Below, in pieces: positions 56,158-64,000 of a stretch of DNA of 64,000 nt. The stretch is taken from contig CAVNZM010000003.1 of NCBI GenBank assembly GCA_963693365.1, positions 2,333,908 to 2,397,907 of the forward strand. Reading direction: 5' to 3'. The first letter of the stretch is position 1; each line of letters opens with the position of its first letter. The DNA is from Amoebidium appalachense. Its lineage: Eukaryota > Protista > Ichthyosporea. The notes under the pieces are model-generated. The model was not told where the DNA came from. It searched no databases and was given only the letters and a program-made list of their open reading frames with translations. The translations under genes were made by a program, and so were the position numbers.

Positions 56158-57634
56158 ATGGCAAAGTCGAACAAAGACAAAGCAGCCAAGAAGCAGAAGG
56201 ATCGACAGGACAAGGAGGTCACCCCACCTCCCGAAACCCCCGTGCGCACCAGCAAGGGGTCCAAGAGCAAGAAGAAGGTCCGAGCCGACTCCGACCAGTC
56301 CGCCTCGGACGATGGCAAAGCGAACCCTTTCCTGGCCCAGGTCATCAACCAGGCCAACAAGGTCCCTGCTATGGACCTCGTAACTGGGAAAACAAAAGGT
56401 ATGGCTCGGCCCTCCATATCCCGCCCTCTCAGCCTGCACAACCCGCCCACTCGCCTGTATATGCATGCTATCCTTGCAGGTACATAGCCGGACTGTTCCC
56501 CGTGCAACTTCCCCATTCTGTTCTTGCAACCACACTGTGCACATCACCTTTTTTTCGTTGCGTTATCTTTGGCAGTAGCGTCCTCCTGCATGCTTTCATA
56601 AATAGTACACCCACCTAGCTACCGTACCGCAGTCTTCTGTTTTGCATTTTGTTTTTTTCTACTGCACACATGCTCGACCTAAAGCTAGCACTAGCCACGC
56701 TCCATGCTGCGGAGGCTATAGACGTTGGTGGTGTTGTGCTTCGACAGTTCGCCCCCCCAATACCCTTTGAAGATGCCTTGTCTCAGTACACACCCACTGC
56801 TCTACGCAAGCATGCCCACGTATTTACATTGCAACCCACCAACAATCATTGGAGGCAGGTCATTCGCACACCTTGCACGACTATAGACATACAGGCTAGC
56901 ATCGAAGCTGCTAGGGCACATGCACCCCCACTTAGTCCTCAAACCACCGTCCGTGAAGTCGTAAGTCTGTACGAAAAGGCACTCAACGGTGGGGGTGTAT
57001 ATGCTGCACACGTTGACCTCCCCCCGCCGAAAAGACGCCTGCATAGCATTCCTGATCTGACACAACTGGTCAATGCAACACCCCTTGGTCGGCCTCATTA
57101 TCTTCAGGACTTGCCTGGTATCAATCGACCGTTTAGTTACGTGCACTTATCACCTGCGAAGAAGGGAGGTTCTGTGTTTGAAATTCACTCGGAGGACAAC
57201 GGGGTGCCGTCTTGTTCACTACATGTTGCTGGCTACCCAAAATTCTGGTTTTGTTACCCACCCTCGGTGTATCGAACGATCGTAGCCAAACTGCAGGAAG
57301 ACTTAGGTGTTGAGTGCAAAAACCCCATACAACACAAGACGTTCATTCCTACCGCCGAAGCAATCATGGAATGGGTGAAGGAGGGTCTGGTCCCTGAGGT
57401 GCTGGTGCAGTACCCTGGTGACCTTGTCATGACCACGCCGTTTGCGCTTCACTTTGGGTTCCAGTTGGGCCCAAACTTTGCACAGGCTGTCAACATTCTC
57501 TCTGAGGGTTGGCTAGCAGCAACACCCCTAGAATTGCGCTGCCGCTGCCGCTCATACTGGGACCCTAACCCCACACTTTTAGTGAGAGCCTACCAGTCTT
57601 TGTCTTGGCCCTTGCTGCCAGGTCTTGTCTTTTT

Positions 57635-57672
<38 letters not shown>

Positions 57673-59996
57673 CACCACCCACCACACACACACACGCGCA
57701 CACACACACAACCACAGAAACACACACACGGTCCAAACACCTACCATTGTACACAAACCAACTGCATCTCATTTTCAATGTGTTCCTCGTTGACGGTGAA
57801 TATCGAACAAACATGCGCAATACATTGCTAATATACATTTGTTATGCTTTATGCAATTGTCGTAGGCTAACAGAATGACGTACATAATGGCAATACCATC
57901 GTGATATCGTTACAGTATTGGTGTCGTACTTAGCATGTATTGAGAATAAGTTGGTAATGACCTCGTAATACTCTTGTGACTTCGGTCGGGATGTTGAGTG
58001 CCCAACCACTCCTACACAGATAAATCCGGCAGCAAGGACAGCTCCAGCAGCAAGGACAGCTCCAAGCAACCCATGCCGTCGACCCCCGCCCCCGTCTCGG
58101 CCCCGATGAACTACTCCAAACTCGACATCGCGTTTGCTGCCCTCCTGCGCGCGCAAGTGCCGGAGTTGACTGAGCGTGATGCTCTGGACATTGCTTTTGG
58201 CACAGAGACACCATCGAAAAGGGCAGGCATCGCGAATTTCGCTACGACGGGTGTCCTGAAGCGGGCCGCTCCCTCCCAGGACGACAACCCCCCCAAGAGG
58301 CCCAAGGTCAAGAAGATGAAGATGTCTGATGTGTCCTCCAATGAGGCTACTGCGGATGATGAGTTGATGCTGAACACCACTGTGGTAATGCATCCCCGGC
58401 CCCCATCCTCCCCATCCAGCCCCCCCCCCCCCCCCCCCCCCCCCTTCCCCCCTCCCAATGACACCGCCAAACCTTGAAGACATCGTCCCCCCCCCCCCCC
58501 CCCTCCCCCTCCCAATGACACTGCCAAACCTTGAAGACAACGTTTGAAGTAATTAAGAATGTTCAACCGCACTTGTGTATCAAATCCAAACCCATAAAAA
58601 CCCTATTCTATGGTTCACGTCAGTTAACGAATCAATTAGTCATGTGCATGTCTTCATTAAATCTTTGTTCCATGAGATAAAAAAGACCTTCTAACCAACC
58701 CTCTCTTTATTCCATCCAATGCAGGCAAGGCTTCTTCGGAAGCACCCCATGACCGACACTGTGTACACCACGGTGCTCATGAAGTTTGGCGCCAACATCC
58801 AGAATGATCCCCAGCGCCTTATCAAGGCCATCGCTGTGACGCTCAAGAAAGACCCCCCCACAGGAAAGCCCTCCTGGGGGAAGGTTTCCGACGAGGAGAT
58901 TCAAGAAGCCGTTGTGTACTTCGGCAAGCTGAAGCGGACCGATGAAGACTTCAAGCTCAGGTCCAAGTAAGTAATCCCCACACCCCCCCCCCCCCCCCCC
59001 ACCCCCACCCCCCCCCCCCCCCCCCGGAAGCGCAAGCACACACACACAAGCACACCACATCATCCCCAAGTGTTCTATCCATCATAATGAGGTGCTCATA
59101 GGGTTGATATACGGCATCGTATCATTCTGATACATTGGCAATATGTTAGTGAACACTTGTTGTACTTTTGATTAAGTTTACGTGTCCCTCATATGTTTCA
59201 TATATTCGTAATAGCTGTGGCATTGTATCGAAATAGTATTGCCAACATGTCTGCGATATGTAAATGATATTGGCATTGTATTGTTCATATGTTTCTAGTG
59301 AGTGATATTGTCGTCGACATACTTTACTTCTTGCAAGTAGTGTGGGACAACTATCCATAGGTTTACATTAAAATGTTTGGTTATCTTGTTGACTTTTTTA
59401 TATAACGATATTAACACCCTCCACCCAAACATGGCAGGTTCAGCAGGGCCATGTCACAGGCCAAGCACAACGTCGTCAAGTCTGTCCGGCGGCAAATGCC
59501 CATGTTCAGTGTGCTTCCAGGAAACGTCAGGGTAAGCTTCCTAAACCCTGGTTGCTTGTGTGTTCAAACCCCAAACACTGCCTGCAATGTAGAGTTTTAT
59601 AGTCAGAGTGTAGGACAAAAATGAATGTGCCCATTATACTATGCTAGTAGTAGCTGTTTGTTAGGCATTGAACACCTTTTACCGTTGACAAGTTATTCTG
59701 AATCTGTTTGTACATTCCTTCGTCAGCACTCATCACTGACATGCACATCTCTTCTTGCAGATCTTGGACAGGGATGTCCCTGGGGAGTTCACGTCCCGGT
59801 GGGCGTTCTGGCAGAGCCTCATGGATATCATCGACCTTGCCCCAGGCATGTCAGGTGGCAGCAGGGCTTTCCGCGACCCAGAGACCGGCCACCCTTTTGG
59901 GAACCCAGCGCTCCTCGACCTGCTATTGGCCTTGGATGAAGTGCGAAACCGCGCCAACGACATGGACATCACCTTCAAGACCATTGACGTAAGTCC

Positions 59997-60028
<32 letters not shown>

Positions 60029-60802
60029 ACACACACACCCTTATCCCTTCCCATAATAGCCCTTTTGGGCATGTGTGTATGGAATCACTTTCTTTTCTAG
60101 TTCTTTCGTTTGTTTCAATTGCGTTTGCTGTCTATGAGTTCATTTTCCTTTTACTAAGTTAATGGTCCTTGATGTACATAGATTAACCCAAGCCCAATCC
60201 ACATGATCATAGCTAACTGCTGATTTCTCAATGATGCAGGACGTGCTGAAGGACTCGCCCCAATTTGTGCGCTTCATCATCTACATCATCGAGGCCTGTC
60301 TGAGCGACCGCACTGCGGCACAAGCTGAAAATGGCTTGCCTGTCTGGTCACCCTTCTCCAAGGAGGGAGGCATCCCCAAGGACTGGCACGGGCTGGCGAA
60401 CCCGAGGTCTTTTGAAGCGGTAGGGAACCCCCCCCCCCCCCCCCCTCCCTCCTCCCAACCCCTCGAACATGAACATGATACTTCCACATTTTATAGCTTT
60501 CTTGCCAGAAGATGGGGAGTACGTTTGCATATTATTATTTCAGTTAAATTATGCTCCATTTGCAGCTTGCCACTTGGCACATGTCTTTGTCTGCAGAACT
60601 CTTGTTACATTCATTCTAATACGTGTGTCCTCAGGCCATCAACAACTGGAAGACTTTCAAGGCCCAGGAGGAGGCAAGGCTCAAGGAGGCCGAGGCTGAG
60701 CAACAAGACTCAGAGATCAACGCCCAAAAGTCCCCCCACACTCCAGAGCCCCCCCCCGCTCCTAAGTCTCCCCTCGCCGCCAATACCGAGCACGAGCACT
60801 GA
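56158..60802 (+). CDS. Seven-exon transposon accessory gene, 505 aa, family unknown (exons 56158-56398, 58020-58384, 58725-58966, 59438-59531, 59761-59988, 60240-60419, 60635-60802)
   Basis: Six GT-AG introns with matching phases (1,0,2,0,0,0). The 1518-nt frame is open from ATG to TGA, and CTAAC/CTGAC branch-like motifs precede several acceptors. Confidence 0.8.
56670..57621 (+). CDS. KDM4/JMJD2-like JmjC histone lysine demethylase core, within intron 1 of the accessory gene
   Basis: Motifs VYAAHV, GINRPFSY, FEIHSED, AGYPKFWFCYPP, C..PIQHK, QYPGDLVMTTPFALHFGFQLGPNFAQAVN and W...CRC are colinear with the KDM4A core. If unspliced, the ORF stays open to 57878 through low-complexity sequence. 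Confidence 0.9.
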
Positions 60803-62417
60803 GACGGCCATGCCTGCAACATCGACAAGTCCCATGCCGCCTGCAACATTGACGAGCCCTAAAAGTTTTATTTTTTTTTTTTTGGGGGGGGGGGGGGGGA
60901 GGTTTTAGGGGTGAATTTTTTTCTTTGATTTTGGGTGGGGGGGGGGGGGGGGGGGGGGTGGTGGACTTGGGTTTTTTTAGGGGGGGGGGGGGGGCGGTGT
61001 ATACATGGCCGGTTGAGCCTGTGGGAAAAGGGGGGGTGGGGCGGGGGGGGGGGGGGGGGGGGGGAGGGGGGGGGAGGGGGGGGGGGGGGGAGGGGGTTGG
61101 GCCGGGGGGGGGGGGGGGAGGGGGGGGGGGGGGGGAGGGCCACCAGGTGTGGTCCTCAATATAATGTGGTATATCCAACCGAAGTTAATAAAGTGACCAT
61201 ACGGAACACGTATGGATGACGACATGTGCAATACATTGGCAATACATTGACAATGATCATGGGGCTGTGCTTACCGTACCGTGTGCATATTGCCAATATA
61301 TTGAGCATGTGATTGAGGTGTCAATAAAGTTATTATTAATACATTGGCAATGTTCGTCCGATATGCCTTTCATGTTATAAGCGCACTTATACTGTACTTT
61401 GCATGCATTCGTTCCCATTATCAATTTATTGGCAATGTATTTGAATAATATAGTGTGATATTTATAATATATATGCAATGCATTATCAATACTTATATCT
61501 TTATGGTGTTGGTATCATTCGTATGTTGGCAATATATGCTTGATATGGAACATACGTACATATTCCTTATTTGTAATGTGTTGGGAGTGTATTAATCATA
61601 CCTCTGTTTATGTCATCAATATACTCACGATATTAAAACAACCTATCGGCGATACCGCATTTATATATTGATTATAGTTGGATCATATGTTGGCAATACA
61701 TTGTTTATATGTTTCTTGATATTTAAATCTTTGTATTTCTATGAATTACATATTGGCAATACATTAATAATGCGTTCAAAGTGCAACTACCATGCGAAAA
61801 TACAGTATTATCCATATCATTATCTGTATTTTTGATATTATTTGGTTGTTATTGTAATATCGCCCGGGTATAATTGATATTGGCAATACGTCTATAATGC
61901 TAGCGCAATAGTAATGCAATGGTAATGTAATGGCACTCTAATGTATTGGCGATATTGATGTAACATATACTGGATAATATATTCATATCAGCGGGATATC
62001 GACAATAGGGGGTATTGGTACTGTATTACCATTGACAATACCAAAGCAATATTATTGCAATATGGTGTTCTTATTGGCGGCAAGGGGTTCTATTGCCAAT
62101 ATCGCCAATGGTCCCAATAGCAAAAAATACGTTGGCAATACTTCCGGGAAGTTTGCTGATGTATAAAGTCGAATATAGAAGAAAACCAATATATATGGTG
62201 GGATATGAGTATAAATGAACGACGGATGGTGGAGAATAATCCCCACTGAAGATGCACACATATGACGATGTAAGACTGAGTCCCCACTGATGAAGAGAAA
62301 CGATGAGGAGTAGTAGACTTTCGTTGGGAGGCATCTTGATCACCGTAGGTGTGTCAACTGCTGTCCAGGGCCCCAACCTACTCAGAAACCACTCGATGAT
62401 GAACACCAGTGCACGGG

Positions 62418-63208
62418 TCAGTCACGGAGACTGAGGTTGGCACGGTGTGTGTCGTGGGCCGGACCAGCCAGAGGCTTGGTGAAGATGTCGGCCAGGTTCT
62501 TCTTGGTGTCGATGTAGGTGACAGTGACGTCCCCACTGTTGATGTAGTCCTTGGTGTTGAAGTAACGAACGGCAATGTGCTTGGTCCGGTGCTTGATGGT
62601 GTTGGAGTGGACCAGAGCAATGGTGGACTGATTGTCACAGTACATTGGGGTGGGCTCGGTCATGGGGTAGCCCAGCTCCTTTAGTAGATCACGGTGCCAG
62701 ACAACATCTTGCACGGCAGCATTGAGGGCCAGGAGCTCGGCCTCACACGTGGAAGTTGCAGTGATCGTCTGCAGCTTGGAGTGGTAGGTGACGGGGGAGC
62801 CTTCGAGGAGGATGACGTACCCAGACGTGGAACGACGGGTGGTGGGGCAACCAGCAAAGTCAGAATCCGAGTAGCACTCAAGGATGGGCACCTTGCTGTT
62901 GGGGGCCTTCTTCTTGTAGTAGAGGCCGAGGTTGATGGTGCCGAGCAGGTAACGAACGACACGGAGGAGAAGCTCCCAGGCAGTCTTGGTGGGCTTGGAG
63001 CTGAATCGGCCGAGGTAGCCAATGGCATACGAGATGTCAGGCCGGGAGCACCGAGCAACCCACAGCAGACGGCCGAGGAGTTCACGGTAGGGGACGGTGG
63101 TGGGCAGGGATGAGAGGGAGGTCTCGTTGATGATGGTGCCCACGGGAATAGGGGTGGCCTTAGGCTTGGCATCGACCAGGTTGAAGTTGGTGATGATGTC
63201 CTTGATGT
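62418..63208 (-). pseudogene. Copia-2 pol C-terminus (RT end plus RNase H), interrupted at 63209
   Basis: PYRELLGRLLWVARCSRPDI, YSDSDFA and HRTKHIAVRY; a close paralogue of Copia-1. Confidence 0.93.
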
Positions 63209-64000
63209 CATCAGCAAACATCTCCCGGCATCTTTTTCCCGTCTCAAACCCGTCTGGGACATCCTAAACCCGTAACCCATCCTGAACCATACCCTTTGTA
63301 ACCGTTATTAGTTAGAGATGACTCCAAGCTATCCCTAACCCATCCGGCTTTAGCAGGCGATATTAAAGACATCTCTGTAAGTACGTCCTTAGCATATCTG
63401 TAACCCGGCGAAACCCTATCCCGTGTTCCATCTGTTTCCTCCCCCAAGCATATCTTAGAGCCGTCTTTGTTATGTCTTAAACGAATCTATAAAAAGACAA
63501 TATTTATGAACATTTACTAAAAAAGATATCCCCAGCATATCTGTAAGCTATCAATCAACCGTCTACAAGAGCGCTTTGCGATCACCAATATCCATCTTTA
63601 ATACTACTTTATGTAGTTCAGACGAACATATATGGCATACTTAACACCTCTTGAAGAATTTGCAGAGATATATTAGAGATGTGTTGTGGTTAACCTAAAT
63701 GTATCCTTACGATGTAGTTATGTAATATTTTATTTCAGTCTAACACGAATAGTCGACTTTAGGACGTACTAAAAGCAACTCACCGATAGGCTAGGGATAT
63801 TTTTATTGGTACATAGTGACACAAACAAGATATGCGTTAGACGTATTTACGTCATAATATAGATTTATCATAATTGAGGAAAAGACACAATTAATATACA
63901 CTTTAGACGGCCTAACGTTATATATGGTCGCTCCCATAGATAGAATAATTATATATTCATAGTTCTGGTAAGAGCACCGGAAGATTTCTTGATGCAATTT
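63209..64000. mobile_element. Terminus of a third CATCAGCAA-type element (copy C, divergent subfamily)
   Basis: Copia-2 pol breaks exactly at CATCAGCAAACATCTCCCGG and is followed by AT-rich non-coding sequence. Confidence 0.65.

Larger units (their letters stand above)
33467..62161. mobile_element. Large Plavaka/CMC-type DNA transposon, copy B (28.7 kb; ~13.7 kb without nested retroelements)
   Basis: TIRs CATCAGCAAGCTTCCCGGCGGTATTGCCAA and (reverse complement) CATCAGCAAACTTCCCGGAAGTATTGCCAA match at 27/30. 2-bp TA duplication relative to the empty site at ~32476-32494. TATTGCCAAT-rich subterminal regions and Plavaka-like transposase exons inside. Confidence 0.9.

Noticed and set aside
56158-57878. 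JmjC as evidence of an endogenous giant virus in this window
   Set aside because: No viral hallmark genes (capsid, polB, packaging ATPase) are visible, and the gene sits between transposon TIRs among spliced genes. A viral origin of the domain is not excluded.

Overview
Repeat-rich, intron-containing eukaryotic DNA (GT-AG introns, long poly-C/G tracts, microsatellites); the taxon cannot be fixed from sequence alone. Bases 1-16.9 kb are low-complexity host-like sequence with a MITE, local tandem duplications and a few probable exons (one SELENOS-like). Bases 16.9-64 kb are one deeply nested transposon cluster. A LINE RT was hit by a CATCAGCAA-terminal (Plavaka/CMC) DNA transposon, which was hit by a Copia element (Copia-2). 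Copia-2 in turn carries three insertions: (i) an Ngaro-type tyrosine-recombinase retroelement, itself split by an intact young Copia-1; (ii) a 28.7-kb Plavaka transposon (33467-62161; 30-bp TIRs; TA duplication shown by an empty-site copy in the window), which holds a non-autonomous LTR element and an APE-RT-RNase H LINE; (iii) a third CATCAGCAA element. The main result is that the 28.7-kb transposon encodes, divergently from its transposase, an intact 7-exon accessory gene whose first intron contains a KDM4/JMJD2-like JmjC histone-demethylase core with intact Fe(II) ligands. The JmjC segment has the geometry of a phase 1-1 cassette exon, making it a candidate transposon-encoded, splice-switchable anti-silencing system. 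All homology calls come from motif recognition by eye, not database searches.
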